Positions 36,945-48,105 of a stretch of 64,000 bases of DNA are shown piece by piece (within the stretch, counting starts at the first letter, position 1; every line of letters begins with the position of its first letter). The position numbers and the translations under genes were made by a program. The stretch is from an uncultured bacterium (GTDB lineage: Bacteria > Oederibacteriota > PGYV01 > CAWJRG01): contig CAWJRG010000009.1 in assembly GCA_963845185.1 (NCBI GenBank), positions 640,001-704,000 of the forward strand, given 5' to 3'. The notes under the pieces were generated by a model. It saw only the letters and a list, made by a program, of their open reading frames with translations, had not been told where the DNA came from and ran no database searches.

Positions 36945-36954
36945 GGAGGCAGTC

Positions 36955-37710
36955 ATGAAAAAAGTCTTAATCCCAGCATTAATTTTAATTGCAATTTTAT
37001 TTGCAATCACATGTTCAAAAAAGAAATCCTCGCCCGCAGCGCCTGAGGCGACATCAACAACGGCGCCCGCAAACACTGCTGCTATGACAGCCACAACGCA
37101 GGCTACAGCTACGGCAACAACAGTTAAAACAGCGACAGCCACAGAAACCATAGTAGTGGCGCTGACAGCTACTGAAACTTCGGTAATATCACCGACAGCC
37201 AGCGTTACGATCACAATCACGCTGACAAGCACTGCCTCGCCTACAATAACCCTGACGCCGTGCCCGGGCCTGTCTTTTGGGAACATGGGGTCGTATGATC
37301 TTGATAACAACGCCCTGCAGCTTACATTTAACTCGGCATATACAATCTCAGCTCCGGTCAAGCTTATAGGGTTCAGCTACTATGTGGGTGAAATACCGTC
37401 AAATGGCGTGGCGCTCATGTGCGACTCAAGCGGAAATGTAATTGCGGAGTCGCCGGTGACAGCAGCAACAAGCACCGGCTGGCTGAATGTAACCGTAATA
37501 CCGGTCGAACTGGCTGCAGGCTCGTATTATCTCGGGGTAGACTCGGATACGCTTGGAGGCACAACCGGCTCAAACGGCGGGTCAACATGGGGGCCGACAC
37601 CGCCGTCATCGCTCACCACCATACCAACGTCATTTATCTTTGATATCTATAACATGGGACAGGGCAGCGGCTGGACAATGAATGTGGAAGCGATATGCAC
37701 GTGCCCGTAA
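36955..37710 (+). CDS. Lipoprotein with Thr/Ala-rich linker
   Basis: MKKVLIPALILIAILFAITCSKKKSSP. Confidence 0.8.
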   Translation: MKKVLIPALILIAILFAITCSKKKSSPAAPEATSTTAPANTAAMTATTQATATATTVKTATATETIVVALTATETSVISPTASVTITITLTSTASPTITLTPCPGLSFGNMGSYDLDNNALQLTFNSAYTISAPVKLIGFSYYVGEIPSNGVALMCDSSGNVIAESPVTAATSTGWLNVTVIPVELAAGSYYLGVDSDTLGGTTGSNGGSTWGPTPPSSLTTIPTSFIFDIYNMGQGSGWTMNVEAICTCP

Positions 37711-37743
37711 TGCGGTAAATCACGAATCAGCGCAGATATAATA

Positions 37744-37772
37744 CAAACCCCGGGCCTATATCCCGGGGTTTG
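37744..37772 (+). terminator. Probable terminator hairpin
   Basis: CAAACCCCGGG-CCTATAT-CCCGGGGTTTG. Confidence 0.65.
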
Positions 37773-37817
37773 CTGTTTGTGCAGGAAACTGTACCTGAAG
37801 CCCGGCATAAATTTTCA

Positions 37818-37921
37818 ATACCTCTTGTCCGGGTAGTTTTTATATTAAATGAATTATGGATACTACCCGTCAAATAATCCACAGGATTATTTGACTGAAT
37901 GCTCAGGACTTGAGCGGGTAC
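37818..37921 (+). repeat. Hairpin 1 of the dispersed element with a second palindromic module nested in its loop
   Basis: ATACCTCTTGTCC[GGGTAG..CTACCC GTCAAATAATCC-ACA-GGATTATTTGAC]..GGACTTGAGCGGGTAC. Confidence 0.8.
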
Positions 37922-37997
37922 GTGTCCGGCACTGCAACCTTTTCCATTTAACTGCATTATATTAAATACAACAGTAAATAAATACAGGGAGGCAAAA

Positions 37998-39026
37998 ATG
38001 AAAAGATTTTTAAGCTTGGCAGCGGTTTTATTGTTCCTGTCTTCATCAGCTTTTGCGGCAGTCATAGAGGACTGGAGCTATGTGATCCCGAACATGGATA
38101 TTGGTACCTATGCGGATACCAAGGGCTCCAGGATTGACTTCACCATCGAAGCAGGACCCTGCGGGGCCAAGGCCGTCAAGCTGACGTCCAAAATAGTCCA
38201 TGGCGGCTGGTGCGGGATATGGCGCAATCTTTACGCAGACCTTTCCGGGGACAAATCCCTCCAGTTCAAGGTCAAGTCCAATACGGCCGGTGAAGTGGAG
38301 ATTGGATTGACCGACGGTTATGACGTGCAATACACCACCCGCTTTACGGTTTTTGCCAAGGATTGGACGGAAGTCACAGTGCCCTTATCCTCCTTCAACA
38401 AAAATTCTTATTACACTGCGCCGGACGCGGTCATGGGGCATCCCATGGACCTCACCACGATCAAGGCCATGAGTTTCTCATCCCAGATTGCGGGCGATTC
38501 AGCCGTGGAAATCGGGCCTGTCGAGGCAGTTGGGACAGCATCAGATAGCGCGGCTGCCGCAGTTCCTGCTACCGGCAGTATTGTAAAGCAGAATAACGCG
38601 GATTTCAGCCAGGGAAAACAGGGGTGGTATCTCTGGACAAACCAGACCGGAAAAGGCGAATTTGAAGCGGTAGACGGCAGGGCACAGGTTAAAATTACTG
38701 ATCCGGGAACATTGATATGGTCTTTAGGATTGGCGAATCCCTACATCAAGATCGAAAAGGACAGGATGTATAAAGTCGAATTTGAAGCCAGGTCAAGCCC
38801 TCCTATAAACCTGAAAAGCCTGGTGCAGCTTAATAAGCAGCCGTACACCGAATATTCAGGGTTCCGGTACTTTAAACTGACTGAAAACAACAAAAAATAT
38901 TCTTATACTTTTATCATGAGGCATGATACGGACCCGGCAGCGGCTTTCGAGTTCGAATGCGGCGGGCAAATAAAAAGCATAATAACTCTGGGCAATGTAA
39001 AGATATTTGATATGGGAAGCAAATAA
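37998..39026 (+). CDS. Secreted carbohydrate-binding protein (CBM11/CIA30-like plus CBM4_9-like)
   Basis: Signal peptide; DLS....L.F..K, WTEVTVPLSSF; NADFSQG..GW, YKVEFEARS. Confidence 0.75.
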   Translation: MKRFLSLAAVLLFLSSSAFAAVIEDWSYVIPNMDIGTYADTKGSRIDFTIEAGPCGAKAVKLTSKIVHGGWCGIWRNLYADLSGDKSLQFKVKSNTAGEVEIGLTDGYDVQYTTRFTVFAKDWTEVTVPLSSFNKNSYYTAPDAVMGHPMDLTTIKAMSFSSQIAGDSAVEIGPVEAVGTASDSAAAAVPATGSIVKQNNADFSQGKQGWYLWTNQTGKGEFEAVDGRAQVKITDPGTLIWSLGLANPYIKIEKDRMYKVEFEARSSPPINLKSLVQLNKQPYTEYSGFRYFKLTENNKKYSYTFIMRHDTDPAAAFEFECGGQIKSIITLGNVKIFDMGSK

Positions 39027-39042
39027 AAAAACGGAGGCAAAA

Positions 39043-40563
39043 ATGAAAAGATTTTTAAGTTTCGCGGTGGTTTTTTTATTCCTGTCCTCGGTTGCTTTTG
39101 CGGCAGTCATAGAGGACTGGAGCAATATCAAGCCTGGTGAAAATATCGGCACCTTCGCCGATCAAGGCGGAACGACTTTAACTGCATCCATAAGCGCCAA
39201 AGCCGGGGAAAAACTGCTTAAAATGTCGGGAAATATTGTCCAGTGGGGTGGCGTGTGGGCGCTTACCAAAGCAGAAACAGACCTTTCACAGTCAGCGGCA
39301 ATAGAATTCCAGGCAAAATCAGATGCCCGCGCGCTTCTCCAGGTGGGTATCACAGACTCGCAGAGTATCCAGTATAATTCGCCTGTCTGGATAAATACAT
39401 CCTGGAAAAAATATACAATACCGTTATCCTCGTTCAGCAAGACGCTGTACCCTGACCCAAAGGCACCAAAAGACACTCCTATTAACCTGTCAAAGATAGT
39501 GGTCATGCAATTTCAGCCGCTAAACCCCGGTGCTTTTAAGATTTACATAGCTAAAATAACGCCGAAAGAGGGCGCTCCGTCAGCGCAGGCAAGCCCTGCG
39601 GAAAAAAATACCGGCGTCCAGGCCCTGCAACTCCTGAAAGTGCAGGGAAACAAAATTGTCGATTCCAGCGGAAACCCGGTAATACTAAAAGGTGTCTGCA
39701 TCGCCGACCCGGCAATGGTCAAACAATACGGCTATTGGTCAGAGGATTATTTCAGGCAGGCAGCGGCATGGGGCGCGAAACTCATCCGCGTACCGGTACA
39801 TCCAAATACCTACAGGTCCCTTGGAAAAGAAACGGTTTTAGCCCTGTTAAACGACGCTGTTGGATGGTCGGAAAAGTACGGCATGTATGTAATTATTGAC
39901 TGGCACCCTATAGGAAACCCTGTTTCCGGCATTTTTCTTGACCCGGAAAACAATTACATGACTACAATGGCTGAAACAAAAGATTTCTGGGCCGCAGTTG
40001 CTGAAAAATTCAAGGACAGACCTGCCGCTGCTTTTTATGAAATCTTTAACGAACCTTCAGCCATTGACTGGAAAGGCGGGAAATTAAGCTGGCAGCAGTG
40101 GCAGGCCTGGGCAGATGAGGTAATCGACACCATTTATAAAGTCAACCCCAATGCCATCCCAGTCGTAGGCGGCCTGGATTTTGCCTATAACTTTCAGGGT
40201 ATTGATTCCGCGGCGTTCAGGAACAAGGGCATAGTATTCGCTGCCCATCCTTATCCCGGCCATGCAGGGCAGCCCTGGGAGGAAAACTGGGAAAAAGACT
40301 TTGGCTTTATGGCAAAATCTTATCCTGTCATAATGACGGAATTCGGTTTTGACCCTGACGATAAAATATTGCCTTCTGTTTATAAGGCAGACGTGGATTA
40401 CGGCAAGCGGATAATTGCTTTCGCAAAGGCAAAAAGCATGTCATGGACAGCCTTTGTATGGGCCGATCTGGCCAGCTGGCCAATGCCGCTTTACAAAGGA
40501 TTGGATTATACCCCGACAATAAGCGGAAAATTTTTTAAGGAAGAACTCAGCCGCAAGGAGTAA
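39043..40563 (+). CDS. Secreted glycoside hydrolase family 5 with N-terminal CBM11/CIA30-like domain
   Basis: LKVQGNKIVD..G..V.LKG, LIRVP, YVIIDWH, YEIFNEP (acid/base), HPY, VIMTEFG (nucleophile). Confidence 0.88.
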   Translation: MKRFLSFAVVFLFLSSVAFAAVIEDWSNIKPGENIGTFADQGGTTLTASISAKAGEKLLKMSGNIVQWGGVWALTKAETDLSQSAAIEFQAKSDARALLQVGITDSQSIQYNSPVWINTSWKKYTIPLSSFSKTLYPDPKAPKDTPINLSKIVVMQFQPLNPGAFKIYIAKITPKEGAPSAQASPAEKNTGVQALQLLKVQGNKIVDSSGNPVILKGVCIADPAMVKQYGYWSEDYFRQAAAWGAKLIRVPVHPNTYRSLGKETVLALLNDAVGWSEKYGMYVIIDWHPIGNPVSGIFLDPENNYMTTMAETKDFWAAVAEKFKDRPAAAFYEIFNEPSAIDWKGGKLSWQQWQAWADEVIDTIYKVNPNAIPVVGGLDFAYNFQGIDSAAFRNKGIVFAAHPYPGHAGQPWEENWEKDFGFMAKSYPVIMTEFGFDPDDKILPSVYKADVDYGKRIIAFAKAKSMSWTAFVWADLASWPMPLYKGLDYTPTISGKFFKEELSRKE

Positions 40564-40608
40564 ATGCAGTACATAGTAAGTTAACAAAATCATAAACGGA
40601 GGCAAAAA

Positions 40609-43050
40609 ATGAAAAGATTTTTAAGTTTCGCGGTGGTTTTATTACTTTTATCTTCATCTGCTTTTGCGGCAGTCATCGAGGACTGGAGCAGGGTGAACCC
40701 GGGCCAGGACATAGGGACATTCGCGGACACCCTGGGTTCTAAAATCAGTTTCGACATTGAAAACGGGCCGGGAGGAAACAAGGCCATCAGGCTGACATCA
40801 AAAATAGCCGCAAGCGGCTGGTGCGGTATCTGGCGCAGTATTGCGGCAGACCTTTCGAAGTCCGGTTCCTTGAAATTTAAGGCCAGGTCCAGCGCTGACG
40901 GGGAAGTGGAAATAGCGCTCAAGGACGCATACAACATGCAGTATGTTGCCATGTTCCAGGTTTCATCCAAGGACTGGACAGAAGTCACGGTTCCTTTTTC
41001 ATCATTTAACAAGGACCCATATTACACGCCGCCGGACGCGGTACCCGGGCATACCATGGACCTCACAATGACCAAAAACATGAATTTTCAGCCGGAAATT
41101 ACCGGAGACTCAGTTGTGGAAATCGGGCCCATCGAGGCAGTTGGGAAAGCATCTGCAAACGCGGCACCCACGCCTGTAATAATAGATTCTTCTTCAAACG
41201 GCAAAATAATCGAGGACTGGTTTACCAGCCCGTTCCAGATGATCGGGACTTTCGTGGACTCTATTGGCTCCAGGTGTGACGCTGTGCTTGAGACAGGGCC
41301 AGACGGCCAAAGAGCAGTCAAGTTGACCTCCAGCCTGGTACAGGGCGGGTGGTGCGGCATTGGACGCAATATTCCGGTTTCTGACCTTTCCAAAAATACC
41401 TGCTTCAAATTTAAAATCAAATCAAGCACAGCATGCAGCGTGCAGATGTCTTTGAAGGATTCATACAACGTGCAGTATGTCACGGTGTTCCAGGTTTCTA
41501 GCGGGGACTGGACAGATGTCACGCTCCCATTTTCATCATTCCAAAAGGACCCATATTACACACCGCAGGGCGCGCGATTGGGGCACAGCATGGACCTGAA
41601 AATGGCCAAGGGCATTACTTTTATGCCAAGGGTGACAGGAGATTCTGTCCTGGAAATAGGGCAGGTTGAGGCGGCCGGGACAGGAGGCGCTTTTTTTGAC
41701 AAGGCAAAAGCCGGCGTCCAGATAAAGACGGTAAAGATAAGCCGGGACAACGGTGTCCCGATATCACCCTATGCTTTTGGCAGCTGTTACTTTGACTGGA
41801 TAGACTGGAACAAAAACGGCCTTGTCGGGCTAAAAGGGACAGAAGAGCCGGTCAGGGCGCTGAAACTCAACGTGATTGTAGGCGCGGACAACCAAAACGA
41901 CGCGAACAGCCCTGAGCTTTTCGACAACAGCCAGGAGGATAAGTTTATAGAATATTGCCGCGCAACAGGCGCAGAGCCTATCATGATAGTGCCTGTTTAC
42001 GGAAACAACAAGGACGGAGGCAGGACCTCGGCGCAGGGAGCGGCGGACATTGTCACCTATATCAACGGCACCAAAAAGTACGGGGTCAAGTACTGGAGCA
42101 TAGGCGACGAGGTGGATATATATGATGTATACTTTCAAAGGAAAACAGGCCTGCCTGTTACAACCGTGTCCGAATATGCAAACATCTATAATTCCTACGC
42201 AAAGGCAATGCTGGACGCCAATGAAAAGGCGCACAGCGGGGTTGAGCTTAAATTCGTAGGGCCTGAGCTCGGCGCAAAGTACAACGAAGGCGATGACTGG
42301 CTGAGCCCCATGCTCGATGAGTGCAGGGACTATATCGACATAGTGAGCATACATCAGTATGGTTTTTCCGCGCGGGAGCTCACAGAAGCCGGAGTGCTAA
42401 ATGATATAAACGGGTTTCCGGAATTTGTCCAGGGAGTGAAGGCGCGCATAGCCAAGCACGGAAAGCCGGGCACGCAGCTGGCAATCACAGAGGCAAACGC
42501 CTGCTATGACGCTAATACCAATTTATACACGCCGGAAACACGCAAGGTAGGGCCCGGGACATTCTACGCAGCTATCTGGGACGCGGAGCGGATGGGCGCC
42601 GCGCTCGAGGCAGGGCTCTGGAACTTCTCGTTCTGGGAACTTGCCGAGCCTGTACAGAGCGCAAACTTCACTGTCTTCGGGTTTGTGCTGACTAACCCTT
42701 CGAAAAACCCGGTGACATATAAACTTACGCCGGAATATTATGTCCAGCAAATGGTGGACACGAACTTCAGCGGGACATCGGTAAAGCCGTCTGAGGCGCC
42801 TGAGGGCATGTCTGTGTATGCCTGCTATGACGAAAAAAAGGCAGCCACAGCCATCCTGGTCGTCAACAAGGATACAGTGAAGAGGGTACTGACGCTTGCA
42901 GTAGACAGCCTCAAGCCCAGGAAAATCACTTTTTCGCCCATGTCCATCAATATCGTCACAATACCGGACGATACTTCGGCAGGATACCATATGATTGAGT
43001 ACACCATGCAGATGGCGGACGCAGGGATAGGGCCGAAGAATATTCAATAA
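40609..43050 (+). CDS. Secreted clan GH-A-like glycoside hydrolase with two CBM11/CIA30-like domains
   Basis: PISPYAFG, VKYWSIGDEVD, DIVSIHQY, LAITEAN; family (GH44/51/79-like) uncertain. Confidence 0.7.
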   Translation: MKRFLSFAVVLLLLSSSAFAAVIEDWSRVNPGQDIGTFADTLGSKISFDIENGPGGNKAIRLTSKIAASGWCGIWRSIAADLSKSGSLKFKARSSADGEVEIALKDAYNMQYVAMFQVSSKDWTEVTVPFSSFNKDPYYTPPDAVPGHTMDLTMTKNMNFQPEITGDSVVEIGPIEAVGKASANAAPTPVIIDSSSNGKIIEDWFTSPFQMIGTFVDSIGSRCDAVLETGPDGQRAVKLTSSLVQGGWCGIGRNIPVSDLSKNTCFKFKIKSSTACSVQMSLKDSYNVQYVTVFQVSSGDWTDVTLPFSSFQKDPYYTPQGARLGHSMDLKMAKGITFMPRVTGDSVLEIGQVEAAGTGGAFFDKAKAGVQIKTVKISRDNGVPISPYAFGSCYFDWIDWNKNGLVGLKGTEEPVRALKLNVIVGADNQNDANSPELFDNSQEDKFIEYCRATGAEPIMIVPVYGNNKDGGRTSAQGAADIVTYINGTKKYGVKYWSIGDEVDIYDVYFQRKTGLPVTTVSEYANIYNSYAKAMLDANEKAHSGVELKFVGPELGAKYNEGDDWLSPMLDECRDYIDIVSIHQYGFSARELTEAGVLNDINGFPEFVQGVKARIAKHGKPGTQLAITEANACYDANTNLYTPETRKVGPGTFYAAIWDAERMGAALEAGLWNFSFWELAEPVQSANFTVFGFVLTNPSKNPVTYKLTPEYYVQQMVDTNFSGTSVKPSEAPEGMSVYACYDEKKAATAILVVNKDTVKRVLTLAVDSLKPRKITFSPMSINIVTIPDDTSAGYHMIEYTMQMADAGIGPKNIQ

Positions 43051-43123
43051 AGCTGCCCGCCAAATAGTTCATTGGACTATCTGACCATGGCCAAACCTTA
43101 AGCAAAAACTCCTGAAAAAAACC

Positions 43124-43152
43124 TTGACAAACCGTGTTTTTAACTGTATATT
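43124..43152 (+). promoter_or_regulatory. Sigma70-type promoter of the AbiE operon
   Basis: TTGACA-17 nt-TATATT. Confidence 0.65.
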
Positions 43153-43188
43153 ACTGTTGTAAGTAAGTTAACAGAAAGGATAACTTTT

Positions 43189-43851
43189 ATGGAACAGCAA
43201 ATAATACAGAAAATCGCGGGAAAAAGGGGCATAAGCCCGGACGCGGTTGTCAGGGAGTACTACGAATACCTGCTCCTGCGTGAGCTTTATGAGAGCCCCG
43301 TCGGCGACGGCCTGGTTTTCAAGGGAGGCACCGCGCTGCGCGTTTTTTACGGCCTGCCCAGGTACTCCGACGACCTTGATTTTGAAATGACGAAAAAATT
43401 CGGGTTTGCAGCTTTTTCCGGCGCAATAAAGGCCGCGGCAGGCAAATTTGAAAACATGAAAATAACCGACCTGTGGGGAAAAAATTACACATACATATGC
43501 GAGATAAAGGCTACCGAGACATGGCTTAAAATGCCTTTCTCAATCAAAATAGAGGTCTCCAAGCGGCCTGCGGCAAAGGGACGGGAATCCGAGCTCAAAA
43601 TGGCTGCGTCCGGGGATTTCGGCATACAGGCGTTCGGCAGGGTTTTGACCCTCGACTCGCTTTATGAGGACAAAAAAGCAGCCATAGCGGGCAGGGATGA
43701 GCCAAAGGATTATTTTGACATGTGGTACATCTGTCAGGTGAAAAAGGTGCCTTTTACGCCGGGTAAAAAGCCGGATAAAAAAAGGTACAGGCAGGTGCTG
43801 GGAAAATACCTGCCCAGGCAGTACCTGAAAGTGCTGGATGAGATACTGTGA
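43189..43851 (+). CDS. AbiEii-family nucleotidyltransferase toxin
   Basis: LVFKGGTALR.FYGLPRYSDDLDF; K..A...R..PKDYFD. Confidence 0.9.
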   Translation: MEQQIIQKIAGKRGISPDAVVREYYEYLLLRELYESPVGDGLVFKGGTALRVFYGLPRYSDDLDFEMTKKFGFAAFSGAIKAAAGKFENMKITDLWGKNYTYICEIKATETWLKMPFSIKIEVSKRPAAKGRESELKMAASGDFGIQAFGRVLTLDSLYEDKKAAIAGRDEPKDYFDMWYICQVKKVPFTPGKKPDKKRYRQVLGKYLPRQYLKVLDEIL

Positions 43852-44441
43852 ATACAATAACACTTTTGAAAAAACTCGGGGACATAGGCAAGGGGTATTA
43901 CACGCCGGCCGATATAGGCAAGATAACAGGGCTGTCAGGCGGCGCGCTCAAGGTCAGGCTGAACAGGCTGATAAAATCCGGCATAATAGAGCGGCTTAGC
44001 CGCGGAATGTACGGCGTGCCGGGAATGAAGACAGACACAGAGCGCGCGGCAAACGATGCGGTGTACCCGTCATACATATCTTTTGGCTCGGCGCTGTCAA
44101 AGTACGGCGTGATAAGCGAAGTGCCGTACGTACTGGAGTTTGCCACCACAAAAGGGACGAGGAAGAAACAAATAGGGGGCATGGACGTCCTGTACAGGAA
44201 ACTGCAGAAGAAACTTTTTTTCGGTTATACCATGTCAAACGGCGTGATGATAGCTGAGCCGGAAAAGGCAGTGCTGGACATGGTATACCTGAAAGCCGCG
44301 GGAAAATACGCCGGAAATGAGGCGGAAAAGCTTGACCTTAGAAAGCTGGACATGAAGAAACTTAAAAAGTACGCGATGAGATTCCCAGCAAAGGCCAGGG
44401 CAGCCCTTGAGGCTGTGACTGGCTTGCGGATAAAAAGATAA
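43848..44441 (+). CDS. AbiEi-family antitoxin
   Basis: wHTH 'RLNRL.K.G.IERL.RG.Y', SYISF.SAL..YG.I, IAEPEKA.LD. Confidence 0.85.
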   Translation: MNTITLLKKLGDIGKGYYTPADIGKITGLSGGALKVRLNRLIKSGIIERLSRGMYGVPGMKTDTERAANDAVYPSYISFGSALSKYGVISEVPYVLEFATTKGTRKKQIGGMDVLYRKLQKKLFFGYTMSNGVMIAEPEKAVLDMVYLKAAGKYAGNEAEKLDLRKLDMKKLKKYAMRFPAKARAALEAVTGLRIKR

Positions 44442-44500
44442 ATAATATTAATGGGATCTGGGATTTTAAATGGGCCAAATACCAAATGCCAAACCGGAAC

Positions 44501-44655
44501 TAACGCTTGTCCGGATAGAACTCGGACTTGAACGGGGTTAATAAATTCTCAATTAAAAATTGTCAATGTTAAATTAAGGTATTTAATTGATAACTGCGAA
44601 TTGATAATTGAAAATTAACGGAAGTTGACGGCTTGGTAAAACAAACGATCTTAAG
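44501..44655 (+). repeat. Two-hairpin element disrupted by an AT-rich heptamer tract
   Basis: CGCTTGTCC..GGACTTGAACGGG, insert, GTTGACGGCTTGGTAAAACAAACG then RBS. Confidence 0.7.
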
Positions 44656-44667
44656 GGAGACTTCATC

Positions 44668-45195
44668 ATGAAAAACGGATTCTGGTACACTTACAACGAC
44701 GCTGACCCCGGGGGCTCTTCCTCGGTTCTGCCTTCGCCGGGCAGACCATTTACAATGACGAGGCCCGGCCACGGCCCCGGCAACGAATGCGCCTGCCTGA
44801 AAGGAAAAGTAACGACCCGGTACCCGCACGGTTTTATCGGCATGGGATACTATTTAAGCCCTGCGGATGTCAAAAAGCCTTTTGACCTCAGTGATAAATC
44901 CGGCATCAGGTTCTGGCACAGGGGCGATGGCAGGAAATACAGGGTAAAACTCACGTCCGTACACCCGGATTTTAGCGGCAGGGACGGGGACAACCACTTC
45001 GGCTATGACTTCCAGGCGGATAAAGATTGGGCACAGATTGAGATAAGCTTTTCGGACATTTCACAGCAGCCAGGGTGGGGGAGCAAAGTGGATGTAAAGA
45101 ACGCGTTGTCGATGATAAAGGAAATACAGTTCTGCACCCTGGGGCAACCGCATGACTCTGTTGAATTGTGCATAGACAGCCTGGAGGTGTTTTAG
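44668..45195 (+). CDS. Stand-alone CBM11/CIA30-like protein, no signal peptide
   Basis: GFWYTYND, DLS...GIRFW.RGDG..YRV, QPGWG, IDSLE. Confidence 0.75.
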   Translation: MKNGFWYTYNDADPGGSSSVLPSPGRPFTMTRPGHGPGNECACLKGKVTTRYPHGFIGMGYYLSPADVKKPFDLSDKSGIRFWHRGDGRKYRVKLTSVHPDFSGRDGDNHFGYDFQADKDWAQIEISFSDISQQPGWGSKVDVKNALSMIKEIQFCTLGQPHDSVELCIDSLEVF

Positions 45196-45318
45196 TGATG
45201 GAAATACCGGCCTTAAAATTAAAGACTAAAGCAATAGCTTAACAAAATCAGCAATCATAATATTTATAAAACATAAGCTGGAATCGTTATATAATTACAT
45301 TCAACAACCCGGAGGTAA

Positions 45319-46320
<1,002 letters not shown>

Positions 46321-46356
46321 ATTCCGTTCCGGTTCCGGGGATTTGTAAAAAATTAC

Positions 46357-46385
46357 TTGATTTTAGTAATATTTTACGATATAAT
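46357..46385 (+). promoter_or_regulatory. Sigma70-type promoter of the 46615 gene pair
   Basis: TTGATT-17 nt-TATAAT. Confidence 0.7.
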
Positions 46386-46406
46386 TTAGTTAAGAAAATA
46401 ATGAAC

Positions 46407-46602
46407 TACCGCTTGTCCGGGTAGAACCCGGACTTGAGCGGGTACATGATTCCGTAATACTTTACCAGCGCCTGTTGACGGCTTGGTAAAGTAAACGAAA
46501 TTATAAGTACCTCTTGTCCCTCATAAACTCGGGACTTGAACGGGTACTTGATCTCGTAATGTTTTATCATCGCTTTCAGCTTGATAAAACAAACGATCTC
46601 AA
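46407..46602 (+). repeat. Two tandem, diverged copies of the two-hairpin element (46407-46503, 46508-46602)
   Basis: Stems TACTTTACC/GGTAAAGTA and TGTTTTATC/GATAAAACA; second copy ends at AAGGAGG. Confidence 0.88.
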
Positions 46603-46614
46603 GGAGGTGTTCAT

Positions 46615-46851
46615 ATGAGCACGATAACTTTAACTTTAAAGATCGACAAGGCTAAGAAAAAGGCTGTTTATGATTTTTGCCACGAGCAGGGGCTGATGGT
46701 GAACAAGTTTTTTGAAAAAGCCGCTGAAAACGAGATAGAAAGGCATCTTTTAAACGAAAGCACGAATGTATTCGCCAATTATGAAAAACGCAAAAAAACT
46801 GCTGTTGATTTCGACCGGGTTGTGAAACTAATAAAAGCAAAGAAAAAATAG
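46615..46851 (+). CDS. Probable RHH-type antitoxin (paralog of 35949)
   Basis: ITLTLKIDK...DFC...GL..N.F.E.A...EIE aligns with the 35949 protein. Confidence 0.7.
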   Translation: MSTITLTLKIDKAKKKAVYDFCHEQGLMVNKFFEKAAENEIERHLLNESTNVFANYEKRKKTAVDFDRVVKLIKAKKK

Positions 46852-46854
46852 CGT

Positions 46855-47154
46855 ATGCGCATAGTACTTATGATGCTTGAGTTTTTGAAAAAATTCCTGT
46901 TATTATCCGGCAGGGAACAAAAAATAATAACCCATATCAGGGCTGACATAGGCCGTAAGCGGGAATTTAACAGGAACGAGGGGTTTGTCAGGATGCAGCC
47001 CGGAAACCTGAAAAGCGCGCAGGGATTTGTATATGAGCCTTCGCTTGATATCAGGCTGAAGAAACTCAGGCTTACCGGCCCGTATTTCAGAATATGGTTT
47101 ACAGCCGAAAAAAACGGGGATGTTTATTTTGTTGATTTTGAAAAACTTGATTAA
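46855..47154 (+). CDS. Putative toxin, divergent RelE-like
   Basis: 99 aa, basic, 'KKLRL...FRIWF', downstream of an antitoxin-like gene. Confidence 0.5.
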   Translation: MRIVLMMLEFLKKFLLLSGREQKIITHIRADIGRKREFNRNEGFVRMQPGNLKSAQGFVYEPSLDIRLKKLRLTGPYFRIWFTAEKNGDVYFVDFEKLD

Positions 47155-47165
47155 AATAATTAACA

Positions 47166-47264
47166 ATACCGCTTGTCAGGATAAAACCCTGACTGGAACA
47201 GGTACATGATTTCGTAATACTTTGCCAGCGCCTGTCGACGGCTTGGCAAAGTAAACGAAATCAA
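47166..47264 (+). repeat. Two-hairpin dispersed element directly before an RBS
   Basis: TGATTTCGT-AA-TACTTTGCC..GGCAAAGTA-A-ACGAAATCA-AGGGAGG. Confidence 0.88.
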
Positions 47265-47278
47265 GGGAGGTTTATACT

Positions 47279-47968
47279 ATGAAACGATTTGTAGTTGTGG
47301 CAGTGTTTGTTCTCGCTGTTTTTTGCCTTTCGTATCCTGCTTTTACGGACGACGCGGGGGAATATCTCGATAAAGGCATGGATAAGTTCAAAAAAGGCAA
47401 CTACCCGGTTGCGATCGACGATTACGGCAAGGCAATATTCCTTAAACCCGGGTATGCAAAGGCTTATTGCGAACGCGGAAATGCCGAATATGAACTGGGG
47501 GACTTTGCGGCAGCGGTTAAGGATTTCAGCAGGGCAATAGAATTTGACCGGAAGTACGCGGAAGCCTATTACAGTCGCGGTGGAGCCAAAGATGAACTAT
47601 GCAACCATAAAGGCGCGATCAAGGATTTCAACAGGGCAATAAGGCTGAACCCGAAATACGCGGCCGCTTACTGCGACCGGGGAAACGCCAAAGACGAGCT
47701 GGACGACTGCAGGGGCGCTTTGAAAGATTTAAACAGGGCAATAAAGCTTGCGCCCTGGTTTGCGGCTGCTTACTTCACTAGGGCAAGCGTTAAACAGGAA
47801 TTAGGCTATTACAGGAGCGCATCCAATGATTACCACAGGGCTTTTCAGCTTGACCCGAGAATCAAGCGGGATATTGACAGGCACAGGCTCGCGAAATGGC
47901 TCAGGAATCCCGGGCGCAAAATGGCGGATAATAAGAAGCTGCCGCCCCCGGTAAAAATAACGAAATAG
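47279..47968 (+). CDS. Secreted TPR-repeat protein
   Basis: Signal peptide plus about five TPRs. Confidence 0.88.
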   Translation: MKRFVVVAVFVLAVFCLSYPAFTDDAGEYLDKGMDKFKKGNYPVAIDDYGKAIFLKPGYAKAYCERGNAEYELGDFAAAVKDFSRAIEFDRKYAEAYYSRGGAKDELCNHKGAIKDFNRAIRLNPKYAAAYCDRGNAKDELDDCRGALKDLNRAIKLAPWFAAAYFTRASVKQELGYYRSASNDYHRAFQLDPRIKRDIDRHRLAKWLRNPGRKMADNKKLPPPVKITK

Positions 47969-48105
47969 ACCGGCGGAGTTTTCAACTGCCATTGTAAATT
48001 TTCAATGAAAAACAATTTGGGATTTCCGCCTTCGTTTTATCTATGGCGGGCGGGCTCAATTTTTAATAAAAAATTATAATTAAAAACGCGGTTAGGATAA
48101 TAAGC

